From a virus, in the UHGV virus genome UHGV-0060065: 24,468 bases of DNA; one strand, written 5' to 3'. Made by a program: the position numbers and the translations under genes. Positions 13,146 to 22,933 of this stretch are shown in pieces. Below the pieces are notes generated by a model. It saw only the letters and a program-made list of their open reading frames with translations, was not told the DNA's origin and did no database searches. Position 1 is the first letter of the stretch. Every line of letters begins with the position of its first letter.

Positions 13146-14192
13146 TCAGGATGTGGGCTGGGTATCTAACAGTGCGTAAGGGTTAAAGCGGATCACCTCT
13201 TCGCCAAGCCAGTCATTGATGTGCTTCATGGCCTCCATGACGGGCATCAGCTCGTTAATTGCGTAAACCCGCGCGGCCTTCTCCACATCACCAAACGCAC
13301 TTTTTTCGCCCGGCATCGCCCCCATCAGTTGCGGCGGAACGCGGTGCGCAGCCAGCACATCATCACGGGATGCCGCCTTAACATTCATGAACTCATCTTT
13401 TGCGGTGATCTGCTGGAACGGCAAAATTTGCACCCCCTCTTTGCCCCCGTTGGGCGCATGAATGAGCACGTTTTTAAACGCACCACCACCACGTGCCCCC
13501 TGTAGCGTTTCTTTCAGGGAGTCCATGCTTTCGCGGTTTACCTGCGCTGCACCGATGTAGATGATGCACCCGGCGTGGGATCCGTTGTCGTAGTACAGTT
13601 TTCTGAACATGTCCGCCGAATGAGAAAGGCTGGCCGAGAGTAATGCGCCAAGATATTCCGGCATGCCGTAGATTTCCTGGTTAATATCCGGATTCATCAG
13701 GTGGCACACTTTGCCAGGACGAAACTGGAACGCGTCCTTGCCATCCTGCACATACCACCATGATTCAAGATCGCTTCCGCGTCGCATGTATTTCGCCAGG
13801 GCGTGCCGTAATTTAAGCGGTTCGCCGAGCATATTGCTTCGAAGCTCAAGGAATGCGTTACCGAACACAAACCAGTCCAGCGCCAGCGCCGAGAAATCCT
13901 GCCGGGAAAGCAGCGGGTGCGGGATGTAGCAACCGAGTAATACATTGCGCTTAAAGTAAAGCGCAGACTGATGCCAGGACGTTTGCCGGGCAGCTCTTGC
14001 CAGACCGTACCAGTCCACCGGGGTTTCATACCACCGCCCGTTATCAGCACAGTACATATTGTCCAGCAGGTCATGCCCGGTCAGGCGATAAGGACCATCA
14101 AATGTGAATGCACTGAGCGATGATTCTTTCCTGAGCGCATCAGCGAGATCAATGCGTGAACTCATGCGCACTTTTTTATTTTTTCTGCTCAT
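13146..14192 (-). CDS. Q: Portal (capsid vertex) protein, P2 gpQ-like
   Basis: 348 aa, close to P2 Q in length. It sits immediately downstream of and overlapping terminase P on the minus strand, adjacent to cos. Confidence 0.88.
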   Translation of the reverse strand: MSRKNKKVRMSSRIDLADALRKESSLSAFTFDGPYRLTGHDLLDNMYCADNGRWYETPVDWYGLARAARQTSWHQSALYFKRNVLLGCYIPHPLLSRQDFSALALDWFVFGNAFLELRSNMLGEPLKLRHALAKYMRRGSDLESWWYVQDGKDAFQFRPGKVCHLMNPDINQEIYGMPEYLGALLSASLSHSADMFRKLYYDNGSHAGCIIYIGAAQVNRESMDSLKETLQGARGGGAFKNVLIHAPNGGKEGVQILPFQQITAKDEFMNVKAASRDDVLAAHRVPPQLMGAMPGEKSAFGDVEKAARVYAINELMPVMEAMKHINDWLGEEVIRFNPYALLDTQPTS

Positions 14193-15943
14193 CAGAACTC
14201 CATAACCGTGAAACGCTCGTTTTCTCCTTCGCCGCCAATCGGTTCGTTAATGACAGCAAGCATGGTTGCCCACGCAAGGTCGCCGTGGCTGATCCCCCTC
14301 GCTCGGTCCGTTTCGTAAGTGATAAAGCCGCCCGGTGTTTTCACCTTACGCACGGCGTTAAAGGCCGCGACCAGCTCGCGTTCGGCGCGATCGTATTCCC
14401 ACCGCCCGGCACGCATTATTTGCAGCATTTTCAGTACCAGCGACCGTTTTGATGACAGCGTGAAGGTGTACGGAATAGCAGCAGGGAAAAACCGCTTCAC
14501 TATCTGATAAACAGCCTCCCCGTTCCCGCCCGTCACATCAATGCCGATGTGTTCCACGTTGTAGCGATACGTGAACTCTTCAATGACTCTGGCCTGTTCT
14601 TCAAACTCCAGCCCCTGAACGCGTCGCGTCTCCACCGTTCGAAAACGGCCACCAGGAACAGCCGGAGGAACCACCACGGACACAGCGCCGCTGTCGCCGT
14701 TGCCACTACTGCCGTTTGCGTCATACCCAATCCATACCGGACGATTCCCCATCGGGCGGGGAGCAAAAGGTTTCCAGTCTTTCCAGTCGTCGTATCCGTC
14801 AACACCGCAGCCAATCAGGATATTCAGGTTAAATGCCGATTCCCCTTCGCGGACAAACTCACACATATAGAGATTGAGGAACTCGTCTTCGGTGTTTTCA
14901 TCACGAATTTCGTCGATATCGGTGTGTTTCCAGCCGTGATTAACCACATCTTCCAGCGTGACAATTTGCCGCCACGTCCGGTCAGGACAGATAAGCCCGT
15001 TATGCAGCGTTTTCCAGTCTACAGAAAAACGCTGGCGTTTATGCGCGGCCTTTTTCTCGTTCCAGCGGTCGCCGTTCCAGTAGACGTATGCCTCGTGCGT
15101 TTCGGTGGATGGCGTGGAGAAGTAGGTGCGCCGCAGTCCGCTGAGGGTTGCCATAGCGCCAGCCACCTTGCGCAGTTCAGCAAAGCGACTGACCCAGAAA
15201 AATTCATCAAAATAAAAATTGCCTGTGTAGGACTGTGCCGTCGCAGCAGAAGTACCGAGAAAATGCAGTTCTGCGCCGTTGGAGAGGATGATTTTATCGC
15301 CCCCTTTCAGCTCCACATCAACTTCAGCCGCGGCCTTCTGAATAATGCTTTTAAACTGGAACGCCTGACGACGCGACGCAGACAAAAAAATCTGGTTACG
15401 CTGGTAAGGTTGTGCCACATCGTCACGCAGCGCCATCAGCAGTGCTTCCTGTGCAAAATACCAGGTCGCCCCAATCTGTCGGGATTTCAGGATCATCCTG
15501 TTACGTATCCCGGCTTCACTGCAAAGGGTCAGGGAGTCAAACCAGCCCCGCTGATGCCACTCCAGCCTGCTGATGATTTTTTCCCGCAGTGCGGCAATCT
15601 GCTCCGGCGTGAAATGATTTTTAAGTTTTTTCGCCCGGCCTTTCTTTCCTGTGGCCGTCGCATCCGGCTGGCCATCATGCAGTTTTTTAAGCTGCCGGGT
15701 CAGCAGGTCTATTTCCTTAAAGTCACCACCTGTTTTATTCTGTTTTTCAGTAAGCTGGATGAGGCGCGCATCGATGGACTGCGTGACACGCTGCACGGGT
15801 GGCGTTTCATCCCACTGGTCGCGTTTTTTCCACGCATAAATCGTGTTCGGGTTTATTCCCATCAGACGTGATATTTCTGCGGGCGGATAACCCTGCCAGT
15901 AAAGTTGCCGCGCACGCTGGCGCACAAAAGCGTCCTGAATCAT
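14192..15943 (-). CDS. P: Terminase large (ATPase) subunit, P2 gpP-like
   Basis: 583 aa. The N-terminal HTH segment (YWQGYPPAEISRLMGINPNTIYAWKK) matches the P2 gpP family. It is upstream of Q and divergent from O. Confidence 0.9.
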   Translation of the reverse strand: MIQDAFVRQRARQLYWQGYPPAEISRLMGINPNTIYAWKKRDQWDETPPVQRVTQSIDARLIQLTEKQNKTGGDFKEIDLLTRQLKKLHDGQPDATATGKKGRAKKLKNHFTPEQIAALREKIISRLEWHQRGWFDSLTLCSEAGIRNRMILKSRQIGATWYFAQEALLMALRDDVAQPYQRNQIFLSASRRQAFQFKSIIQKAAAEVDVELKGGDKIILSNGAELHFLGTSAATAQSYTGNFYFDEFFWVSRFAELRKVAGAMATLSGLRRTYFSTPSTETHEAYVYWNGDRWNEKKAAHKRQRFSVDWKTLHNGLICPDRTWRQIVTLEDVVNHGWKHTDIDEIRDENTEDEFLNLYMCEFVREGESAFNLNILIGCGVDGYDDWKDWKPFAPRPMGNRPVWIGYDANGSSGNGDSGAVSVVVPPAVPGGRFRTVETRRVQGLEFEEQARVIEEFTYRYNVEHIGIDVTGGNGEAVYQIVKRFFPAAIPYTFTLSSKRSLVLKMLQIMRAGRWEYDRAERELVAAFNAVRKVKTPGGFITYETDRARGISHGDLAWATMLAVINEPIGGEGENERFTVMEF

Positions 15944-16097
15944 TGCTCCCCCTGAGTAATTACAGGAAGATTACCCGCGCGCGAAACCGTTCTCCTTAAC
16001 CCCCTGTTCTGGCCGTTTTCTTACAACAAAAGCCCTTTGTATCAGCCTGTTACGCTTTGCCATCATGACTGAAGAACCAGTCAGAGGGGCAAAAACT
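15944..16097. promoter_or_regulatory. Divergent late-promoter region between P and O (expected Ogr/Delta-type activator sites)
   Basis: 154-bp gap between divergent late operons, as in P2. It contains TGT...ACA dyad-like elements (for example TGTTCTGGCCGTTTTCTTACA), but no exact TGT-N12-ACA site was confirmed. Confidence 0.4.
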
Positions 16098-16934
16098 ATG
16101 GCTAATGAAAAAAAGACATCCCGCAAAAAGTTTCGCGTGGCTGTCTCCGGATCAACTGTTGATGGCCGTGAAATCAGTCCGGTGCATCTGCGTGAAGCCG
16201 CCGAGAACTTCAACCCGGATGTTTACGCTGCCCGCGTGAACGTTGAGCACTATCTCTCGCCATGCCCGTCAAGCGAATTTTCCGCAATGGGCGATGTCAC
16301 CGCACTGAGTACGGAAGACATTACGGAAGGTCCGCTGGCCGGACGTACTGCGCTGTATGCAGAAATCGAACCGACCGAGCGCATGAAGCAGCTTGTCGCG
16401 GACGGCAAGAAAATCTATTCCAGTATCGAACTGCACCCGCAGTTCTCCGTTAACGGGCGCGCCTATCTGGTCGGGCTGGCGATGACCGACACCCCGGCAA
16501 GCCTGGGCACTGAGCGCCTGAAATTCACGGCACAGCAACGTCAGGCGGTGATGACGTTCAACAGTGTCCAGGGTGAAGCACCGCTCATTTCCGAAGCCAT
16601 CGAGTCTGAAATCATCGAAATGGCAGAACAACGCCAGGAAGAAGGCACCCAGTGGTTTAACCGCGTAATGGGGATTATTGGTCGTGGCCGCAAAGCGGAT
16701 GACGCCAGTTTCTCCCGTATTCAGGAAGCGGTGGAAGGCGTCGCAACGTCACAGGCCGACATTATCGACCGTTTTAATGTGCTGGAAACCCGCCATCAGC
16801 AGGACCGCCAGAAAATCACGTCACTGACCACAGAGCTGACAGCACTGAAGGAAAAACTGCGCACGCAGGACGGCGATCCGCAGAACCGCTTCACCGCAAC
16901 GGGCGCAGCCTCCGACCAGCTGGCTGACTTCTGA
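16098..16934 (+). CDS. O: Capsid scaffolding protein, P2 gpO-like
   Basis: Start at the internal ATG (MANEKKTSRKKFRVAVSGSTVDGREI) with an AGAGGGG RBS, matching the remembered P2 gpO N-terminus (KFFRIGVEGDTCDGRVI). The ORF track begins earlier at 16065. Confidence 0.85.
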   Translation: MANEKKTSRKKFRVAVSGSTVDGREISPVHLREAAENFNPDVYAARVNVEHYLSPCPSSEFSAMGDVTALSTEDITEGPLAGRTALYAEIEPTERMKQLVADGKKIYSSIELHPQFSVNGRAYLVGLAMTDTPASLGTERLKFTAQQRQAVMTFNSVQGEAPLISEAIESEIIEMAEQRQEEGTQWFNRVMGIIGRGRKADDASFSRIQEAVEGVATSQADIIDRFNVLETRHQQDRQKITSLTTELTALKEKLRTQDGDPQNRFTATGAASDQLADF

Positions 16935-16957
16935 TAAGACAAAGGAGCAAATTTTTT

Positions 16958-18010
16958 ATGAATCTGGTGATGTCAGATATTACCCGCAACAAGCTGGGTT
17001 GCTATATGGCGCAGCAGGCGTCGCTTAACAATATCCCGGTATCTGCACTGGTATCGCGATTTACCGTGGAACCCTCGGTGCAGCAGCGTTTTGAAAACGC
17101 AGTAAAGGAGAGCACTGAATTTACAAAAAAAATTAACGTGTTCGGTGTGACTGACCAGAAAGGCGAAAAAATCCTCCTGGACACCACCGGGCCGATTGCG
17201 CGCACGAATACCAGTTATGACGGCACAAAACGCCGTAACCCGAATAACGTGGTTGATCTGAAAAACCGCAAATACCAGTGCGAACAGGTGAACTACGACA
17301 CGTTTATTTCGTATCCGCAGCTTGATGCCTGGGCGGCACACCCTGATTTTCAGTCCCGCGTCAGCACACAGATTGCCCGGCAGGTGGCGCTTGACCGCAT
17401 CATGATCGGTTTCAACGGCACGTCTCACGCGGATGAGTCCAACTTCAGCACTAACAAGCTGCTTCAGGACGTTAACGTGGGATGGCTGGAGCACATCAGA
17501 ACCGACGCCAGCGAGCGCGTTATGAATGATGTAACGCTGACCTCCCGCAACATGGACAACACCGTGGCGCACGCGGGTAAATATGCGAACGCTGATGCAC
17601 TGGTACAGGACGCGCGCTCATCCCTGCTGGATGAATGGCACAAGGAAGCTGACGACCTCGTGGTGATTATGGGGCGCAACCTGTTTAACTCGCTGCGTCT
17701 GCCCGTGCTGAACAGCATCAGCGGCCAGAATCCCAATGCGGAATTACTTGCCGGACAGCTCATCCTGTCATCGCGCGCCATTGGCGGGCTGGATGTATTC
17801 CTTGCGCCGTTCTTCCCGGATGCAACGATGCTGATCACCTCGTTCAACAACCTGTCAATTTACTGGCAGAAAGGAACAATGCGTCGCCTGATGAAAGACG
17901 AGCCGGAATACAACCGCATCGCCACCTACCAGTCCATCAATGACGCTTATGTCGTTGAAGACTATGGCAAGTGCGCGATGGTCACTGGCCTGAAGTTCGC
18001 CGACAGTTAA
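16958..18010 (+). CDS. N: Major capsid protein, P2 gpN-like
   Basis: 350 aa with motifs shared with P2 gpN (FTVEPSVQQ, NKYQCEQVNYD, IMIGFNG, GWL, NLSIY, VVEDYG). AAGGAG RBS. Confidence 0.9.
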   Translation: MNLVMSDITRNKLGCYMAQQASLNNIPVSALVSRFTVEPSVQQRFENAVKESTEFTKKINVFGVTDQKGEKILLDTTGPIARTNTSYDGTKRRNPNNVVDLKNRKYQCEQVNYDTFISYPQLDAWAAHPDFQSRVSTQIARQVALDRIMIGFNGTSHADESNFSTNKLLQDVNVGWLEHIRTDASERVMNDVTLTSRNMDNTVAHAGKYANADALVQDARSSLLDEWHKEADDLVVIMGRNLFNSLRLPVLNSISGQNPNAELLAGQLILSSRAIGGLDVFLAPFFPDATMLITSFNNLSIYWQKGTMRRLMKDEPEYNRIATYQSINDAYVVEDYGKCAMVTGLKFADS

Positions 18011-18019
18011 TCACCTCAC

Positions 18020-18038
18020 GGCGGGCATCATGCCCGCC
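18020..18038 (+). other. Palindromic hairpin GGCGGGCAT-C-ATGCCCGCC between N and M
   Basis: Perfect 9-bp inverted repeat 10 nt after the N stop with no U-tract. It could be an attenuator or processing site. Confidence 0.35.
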
Positions 18039-18055
18039 TGTAACGGAGAGAAAAA

Positions 18056-18856
18056 ATGATTACTCCTGCACAGCAACACTGGCAGAACGTGATGGCACAG
18101 CGCGCAGGCCGGGCGAATGAAGGCGTGGACCACGCCGCGCGTACCGCGCATGAAGAGGTGCTGTATCGTCTGCGTCTGGCACAGGCCCGGCTTAAGGGCG
18201 TACAGGCCAGAAGCGCGAAAGCCGCCATCAAAAAAGAGTTGTTGCCGGACTTTTCCGGCTGGATTGAGGGAACGCTGGAGGCTGAGGGCGGGCAGCAGGA
18301 TGAAGTGATTGCCACGCTGATGGTGTGGGCGATTGACTGCGGCGATCTTCCGCTGGCGCTGCGTATTGGTGCATATGTGGTCCGTCACAACCTCATCATG
18401 CCGGATAACTTTGGACGTACTGCTGCCACGGTACTGACCGAAGAAATCTGTAATCCGGTACTGACGCAGGCCGGGACGGATGCCGACGCGGATTTGTCCG
18501 CCTTTATCGAACCACTGGACACCCTCCGGGAGATTGTCACCGACCAGGACATGCCGGACGAAGTGCGCGCCAAATTATGCAAAGCGTGCGCCTTTGCCCG
18601 CCGTGGCCTGACCGATGCGGACAGCATGGCCTCATCACTGAAGCTGCTGCGCGAAGCGATGCACCTGAACCCGAACGCAGGTGTGAAACGCGAGATTGCA
18701 ACCCTTTCCCGCGCCCTGAAAAAAGCCGATTCCGCAGCCGCACCAGAAGATGCCAGCACACCGCAGGCGCAGGACGAAAGCAGCAAAAGTAAAAAGACAA
18801 CGCGGAAGCCTGCAACACGAAAAACCACCGCGACGCAGAAGGCGAAGCGCGGTTAA
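18056..18856 (+). CDS. M: Terminase small subunit, P2 gpM-like
   Basis: The DMPDEVRAKL motif and overall similarity match remembered P2 gpM. Basic Lys/Arg-rich C-terminus. RBS ACGGAGAG. Confidence 0.85.
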   Translation: MITPAQQHWQNVMAQRAGRANEGVDHAARTAHEEVLYRLRLAQARLKGVQARSAKAAIKKELLPDFSGWIEGTLEAEGGQQDEVIATLMVWAIDCGDLPLALRIGAYVVRHNLIMPDNFGRTAATVLTEEICNPVLTQAGTDADADLSAFIEPLDTLREIVTDQDMPDEVRAKLCKACAFARRGLTDADSMASSLKLLREAMHLNPNAGVKREIATLSRALKKADSAAAPEDASTPQAQDESSKSKKTTRKPATRKTTATQKAKRG

Positions 18857-18958
18857 CGACTGACCCCGTCAGCGGGCGGCGTGCGCGGTGTTCCGGTTTG
18901 ACTCCGTGACCGTTTACACCGCGCACCCACCGCCCGATTTTTTTCAGGAGTGAACCCC

Positions 18959-19453
18959 ATGAGTATGGTTGCCAGAACCAACCCCGGACCCGCAGAGGAC
19001 GACATCACCGATACCGATGATGGTGATACCCGTATTTCAGCGGGCGCATTCTGGCCGGATATTGTGCTGCGTGAGCTGCGTCTGGCGATACGACTGCCGG
19101 GCCGTGTGACCACCTCCCGCCTGCTGCATACCGCCACCGGGGCCGTGGCACACGTTACCCGCGAGCTGGAAGCGTGGCAGCAGGAACAACAGGCGGCTGG
19201 CCATCAGACGCTGGCCGATGTTCCGGCACCCGTAATTAACGGAGAAAGCGTCAATCTCTGGCACTGGCGCAATGCCGTTTATACCGCCACACGCGCCCTG
19301 ATTCTGGAGCGTTACCGCGATGCGGACACAACGGATAAGGGCGACCGCCGCGCGGACGCACTGGATATACAGACATCGGATTTGTGGCGCGATGTGAGCT
19401 GGGCCATCTCTGACATTCTGCGCCGCCCGCGAATCTTTGCGGAGCTGTGCTGA
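18959..19453 (+). CDS. L: Head completion/stabilisation protein, P2 gpL-like
   Basis: LADVPA...GES, ERYRD and DLWRD motifs shared with P2 gpL. Start chosen at the ATG at 18959 with an AGGAG RBS; the ORF track starts at a GTG at 18950. Confidence 0.8.
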   Translation: MSMVARTNPGPAEDDITDTDDGDTRISAGAFWPDIVLRELRLAIRLPGRVTTSRLLHTATGAVAHVTRELEAWQQEQQAAGHQTLADVPAPVINGESVNLWHWRNAVYTATRALILERYRDADTTDKGDRRADALDIQTSDLWRDVSWAISDILRRPRIFAELC

Positions 19454-19653
19454 TGAAAGTGAAGGCACTGGAAGGCGACACCGTGGATTCGCTCTGTTTC
19501 CGGTACTACGGCACGACGCAGGGCGTCACCGAAAAGGTGCTGGATGCCAACCCCGGACTCTGTCAGCAGGTATTTCTGGACGCCGGGCAGGAAGTGGAGA
19601 TTCCGGAGCCGGAGAAGAAGAAACGAGAAATGATTCAGTTGTGGGGGGAGTAG
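19453..19653 (+). CDS. X: Tail protein X, P2 gpX-like (LysM-like)
   Basis: MKVKALEGDTVDSLCFRYYGTTQGVTEKVLDANPGL resembles P2 gpX (MKTFALQGDTLDAICVRYYGRTEGVVETVLAANPGL). The start overlaps the L stop. Confidence 0.8.
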   Translation: MKVKALEGDTVDSLCFRYYGTTQGVTEKVLDANPGLCQQVFLDAGQEVEIPEPEKKKREMIQLWGE

Positions 19654-19655
19654 CA

Positions 19656-19979
19656 GTGAGCACCATTCAAACAGGGATCACAGAGCAGGTTATTGCGTGG
19701 CTCTTTGACCACCTGCCAACGGTGTATGCAGTAGGCGCGGCAGTCAGCATTTCCGCGCTGATGAGTCTTTATGACGGACGAACACTGGTTCAGACCGTAA
19801 CGGGATCGCTGGCGTGCGGCGTTCTTGCCATGGCCGTGGCCGGGTCGTTGCGCTTCTTCGGGTTTCCTGAAGATGCCGTGACGTTTATCGGCGCATCAAT
19901 CGGTTTTATGGGCGCAGAGAAAGCACGCGACAAGGTTATTGCGGCCTTTAATCGCAGGGTGAAGGAGAAGGACGAATGA
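19656..19979 (+). CDS. Putative holin (three hydrophobic segments)
   Basis: GTG start with a GGGGGGAG RBS directly after X. Three hydrophobic helices. It sits immediately upstream of, and overlapping, the endolysin. Confidence 0.6.
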   Translation: MSTIQTGITEQVIAWLFDHLPTVYAVGAAVSISALMSLYDGRTLVQTVTGSLACGVLAMAVAGSLRFFGFPEDAVTFIGASIGFMGAEKARDKVIAAFNRRVKEKDE

Positions 19980-20368
19980 GCAACACATTTAAATTCAGCA
20001 GCCGGAGCGAAAAGAATTTGCAGGGCGTAAATCCTGATCTGGTGAAAGTGACCCGACGGGCACTGGAAATTTCGGAAGTGGATTTTGGTATCACCGAAGG
20101 GTTGCGCAGCCGTTACCGCCAGAAGCAACTTGTGGCCACAGGTAAGAGCCAGACCATGAACAGCCGCCACCTTACGGGACATGCCGTGGATGTTGTGGCT
20201 TATATCGGCAGCCAGGTGTCATGGGAATGGCCGCTGTACGAAAAAATCGCAGCAGCATTCAGACAGGCCAGCCGGCAACTGAATATTCCGGTGGAATGGG
20301 GCGGCGACTGGAAGACCCTGAAAGACGGACCGCATTTTCAGTTACCACACGGAGCCTATCCGGCATGA
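19976..20368 (+). CDS. Endolysin, peptidase M15 (VanY/L-alanyl-D-glutamate endopeptidase-like) family
   Basis: HLTGHAVDV zinc-binding signature and a GPHFQLPH terminal motif. Its size and position in the lysis cassette fit an endolysin. It is not the P2 gpK lysozyme type. Confidence 0.75.
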   Translation: MSNTFKFSSRSEKNLQGVNPDLVKVTRRALEISEVDFGITEGLRSRYRQKQLVATGKSQTMNSRHLTGHAVDVVAYIGSQVSWEWPLYEKIAAAFRQASRQLNIPVEWGGDWKTLKDGPHFQLPHGAYPA

Positions 20369-20772
20369 AGCTCTGGCCCACGCTGGGTGTCGCTTCCCTT
20401 CTGATTGCCGCATGGGGAACATCCATGCGTCTGTCATGGTCGCTTGGCCGGGAGAACGCCAGAAACGAAGCACAGGCCAGCACCCTGAAAAGTACCGTCG
20501 ACACACTGAATATCATCAGTGCCGGGGTACAGGATATGCAGCAGGTGCTGGCGCAACTCCGCGTGGAAAATCAACAGCGAAATCAGGACGGAGAGGCCAG
20601 ACGTGAACAGCTACGCAACGATATTGCAAAAGATGAATGCGCCCACGCTTTGCCTGACGCTCGTTTTACTGACAGGTTGCGCAGGCACGCAGAACGCGCC
20701 ACGGCCAGCGCCGTCAGTCCGGCTTATACCGCAGACGCTGACCATACCGGTAACGCCTCCCCCCTTCCCTGA
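20365..20772 (+). CDS. lysB: i-spanin (Rz / LysB-like)
   Basis: N-terminal TM (MKLWPTLGVASLLIAAWG) followed by a coiled-coil periplasmic domain. ATGA overlap with the endolysin. The ORF track begins earlier at 20221. Confidence 0.7.
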   Translation: MKLWPTLGVASLLIAAWGTSMRLSWSLGRENARNEAQASTLKSTVDTLNIISAGVQDMQQVLAQLRVENQQRNQDGEARREQLRNDIAKDECAHALPDARFTDRLRRHAERATASAVSPAYTADADHTGNASPLP

Positions 20773-20923
20773 CACTCCCACATGGGGAAATCTCGGTATA
20801 TGGGGCGACCGCCTTCTGGATGCACTGGAAACCTGTAACGCTGATAAACGGGCCATTGAATTACTGGAACAGCGCAGGCTGCAACGACTGAACAACGAGG
20901 ATAACAACCATGCTGAAAACTGA
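20633..20923 (+). CDS. lysC: o-spanin lipoprotein (Rz1 / LysC-like), 96 aa, embedded in the +1 frame of lysB
   Basis: Internal ATG gives MNAPTLCLTLVLLTGCAG with an LTGC lipobox and a Pro-rich mature region. It starts inside lysB and extends beyond it. Confidence 0.7.
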   Translation: MNAPTLCLTLVLLTGCAGTQNAPRPAPSVRLIPQTLTIPVTPPPFPDTPTWGNLGIWGDRLLDALETCNADKRAIELLEQRRLQRLNNEDNNHAEN

Positions 20924-21377
20924 TTCCCTGCGTGAAGCCATGACCCGTTCATGCCGATGGTGTCAGGCTAACCCGGAAAAATTCACCATTTTCGTGGAGA
21001 GCGGCAACATTGAAACGACCGGAGAAACGCCCTCGTTTGTTTACCGCTATCAGATGGTGATGTTTGTCATGGATTACGCCGGGGAGCTGGACGACCTCAC
21101 GCTGCCGCTGCTGGCGTGGTTATCCGAAAATCAGCCACAGTTGTTGCTCAATCCGGAGCGTAATCAGGACATCAAATTCTCCGCCGTTATCAATGACGAT
21201 GACAGCGCCGATCTCCTGTTTACGCTCCCCCTGCGGGAACGCGTTCGCATTACGCGCAACAGTCAGGGCACACCGCAGGCAGAACACCTGCCGGAGCCAA
21301 AACCCCGCCTGCCATCTTCCGAAGGCGACTGGTCGCATGTATTCCAGGATGTGACGTGGGGTGAAAGCGATGGATAA
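20910..21377 (+). CDS. R: Tail completion protein, P2 gpR-like
   Basis: 155 aa, the same length as P2 R, and the expected position after the lysis genes. Confidence 0.8.
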   Translation: MLKTDSLREAMTRSCRWCQANPEKFTIFVESGNIETTGETPSFVYRYQMVMFVMDYAGELDDLTLPLLAWLSENQPQLLLNPERNQDIKFSAVINDDDSADLLFTLPLRERVRITRNSQGTPQAEHLPEPKPRLPSSEGDWSHVFQDVTWGESDG

Positions 21378-22005
21378 GGCATTCACCCGCGTGGATGAAA
21401 CCTTTGAGGCCATCCGCGACAGCCTGAATCAGCAGGCCATCAATAACATCGCCAGAAAGCTGGCACAGGATTTACGTCGCGCCCAGCAGGCACGTATCCG
21501 GTCACAGAAAGCGCCGGACGGGACCGCATGGACACCACGCAGACGCCGCGTAACCCGGATACAGGAACGCATTCGCTTTATCTGGAATAACGAAGCACGC
21601 ACGCTGAAAAACTGGCATCACGGCACGGGGAAATACGGGCGAACCATCACCGGGTGGGATGAGGATAAAAACAACATCCGCACGTTTTACCGGGATGACA
21701 TCGACCGCTTTCTGGAAATACGCACCCGGCGCATCAACCAGGACAGCACAAAGCGCGTCCCCATGTTCGTAAAACTGCGCACCGCCCGCTACCTGAAAGC
21801 CCGTGCGGATACTTCCGGTGTGACGGTGGGTTACAGCGGCGTGGCTGCACGTATTGCACGCGTTCATCAGTTCGGTGAGCGCGATCAGGTTGCGCCGGGC
21901 ATTTTCACCGATTACCCGGTACGTGAGCTGTTGGGCATCAGTCAGGCAGATGAACGCCTGATTTATAACACGGTGCTGGGCCGGATTGCGGAGGCTGTAC
22001 GGTGA
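21370..22005 (+). CDS. S: Tail completion / virion morphogenesis protein, P2 gpS-like
   Basis: Position between R and V. Start ambiguous between the GTG at 21361 and the ATG at 21370. It is longer than I recall P2 S to be. Confidence 0.75.
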   Translation: MDKAFTRVDETFEAIRDSLNQQAINNIARKLAQDLRRAQQARIRSQKAPDGTAWTPRRRRVTRIQERIRFIWNNEARTLKNWHHGTGKYGRTITGWDEDKNNIRTFYRDDIDRFLEIRTRRINQDSTKRVPMFVKLRTARYLKARADTSGVTVGYSGVAARIARVHQFGERDQVAPGIFTDYPVRELLGISQADERLIYNTVLGRIAEAVR

Positions 22006-22583
22006 GCGCAGAACTCATGCGACTGCTGAGCAATATCATCCGCACCGGGATCATCTCTGAAGTTGATGAGAAGTCCTGGCGCGTGCGCGTTCGCAGCGGC
22101 GAACTGGAGACAGGCTGGTTGCGCTGGAACACCACGCGCGCGGGAGCCTTCAATGTGTGGCTGCCGCCATCACCAGGCGAACAGGTGGTAATTGCCTGCA
22201 TTGGCGGCAACCCGGAAACCGCCATGATAATTGGCAGCCTGTGGAGTGATGCCAATCCGGCCCCCGGCAAAAGCCTGAAAGAAATCGTGATCAGCGCGCC
22301 GGACGGCGCGGTGTTCCGCTACGACGCGGACGCAGGCGCACTGAGCGCCAGCGGCATGAAAACGGCCACTTTACAGGCATCCGTCAGCGTGACACTGGAC
22401 ACGCCCGTCGTGGAATGCACAAACCTTCTGAGAACGGCGACGCTTGACGTCACAAAAGGGGGAAAGATGAGCGGCAATATCACGCACAGCGGCGGCGATT
22501 TCACCTCAAACGGCATTACCGTGCATACGCATAAACACGGTGGCGTGAAAGGTGGCAGCGATTCGACAGGAGGCCCGCAGTGA
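22002..22583 (+). CDS. V: Baseplate spike/assembly protein, P2 gpV-like
   Basis: Gly-rich C-terminus (HTHKHGGVKGGSDSTGG) and position. GTG start with a GGAGGC RBS overlapping the S stop. Confidence 0.85.
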   Translation: MSAELMRLLSNIIRTGIISEVDEKSWRVRVRSGELETGWLRWNTTRAGAFNVWLPPSPGEQVVIACIGGNPETAMIIGSLWSDANPAPGKSLKEIVISAPDGAVFRYDADAGALSASGMKTATLQASVSVTLDTPVVECTNLLRTATLDVTKGGKMSGNITHSGGDFTSNGITVHTHKHGGVKGGSDSTGGPQ

Positions 22584-22930
22584 CAACCCGCTACACAGGA
22601 ATGAACCCGGACGGAACGGGAAACCTGAACGATATGGAGCACCTGAAACAGTCAGTCAGGGACATCCTGACCACCCCACTGGCAAGCCGGGTTATGCGAC
22701 GGGAATATGGCAGCCTTGTGCCTGATTTGATTGACGAACCCATGAATAACACCACGCGTCTGCAATGCATGAGTGCTGCCGTGATTGCGCTGACACGATG
22801 GGAACCCCGCATTGCCCTGGATGCCATCGACGTTGTCTGGAAAGCGGGAGGCCGCGCCGGGGTGACGCTGTCGGGCACTGTCATGCAGACCATGCAGAAT
22901 GTTGAATTAACCATCACGCTGAGGGAGTAA
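22580..22930 (+). CDS. W: Baseplate wedge protein, P2 gpW-like (gp25/lysozyme-like fold)
   Basis: 116 aa, with GSLVPDLIDEPMN motif and position. GTG start with an AGGAGG RBS overlapping the V stop. Confidence 0.85.
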   Translation: MTTRYTGMNPDGTGNLNDMEHLKQSVRDILTTPLASRVMRREYGSLVPDLIDEPMNNTTRLQCMSAAVIALTRWEPRIALDAIDVVWKAGGRAGVTLSGTVMQTMQNVELTITLRE

Positions 22931-22933
22931 ATC

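Noticed and set aside
14549-15871. 440-aa plus-strand ORF antisense to terminase P
   Set aside because: Fully contained antisense to a terminase gene with strong homology, and has no start context.
16973-17572. 199-aa minus-strand ORF antisense to the major capsid gene, and similar antisense ORFs across the M/L region (17464..17850, 18011..18388, 18385..18828, 18537..18926, 19037..19468)
   Set aside because: All are antisense or out of frame within well-supported structural genes.
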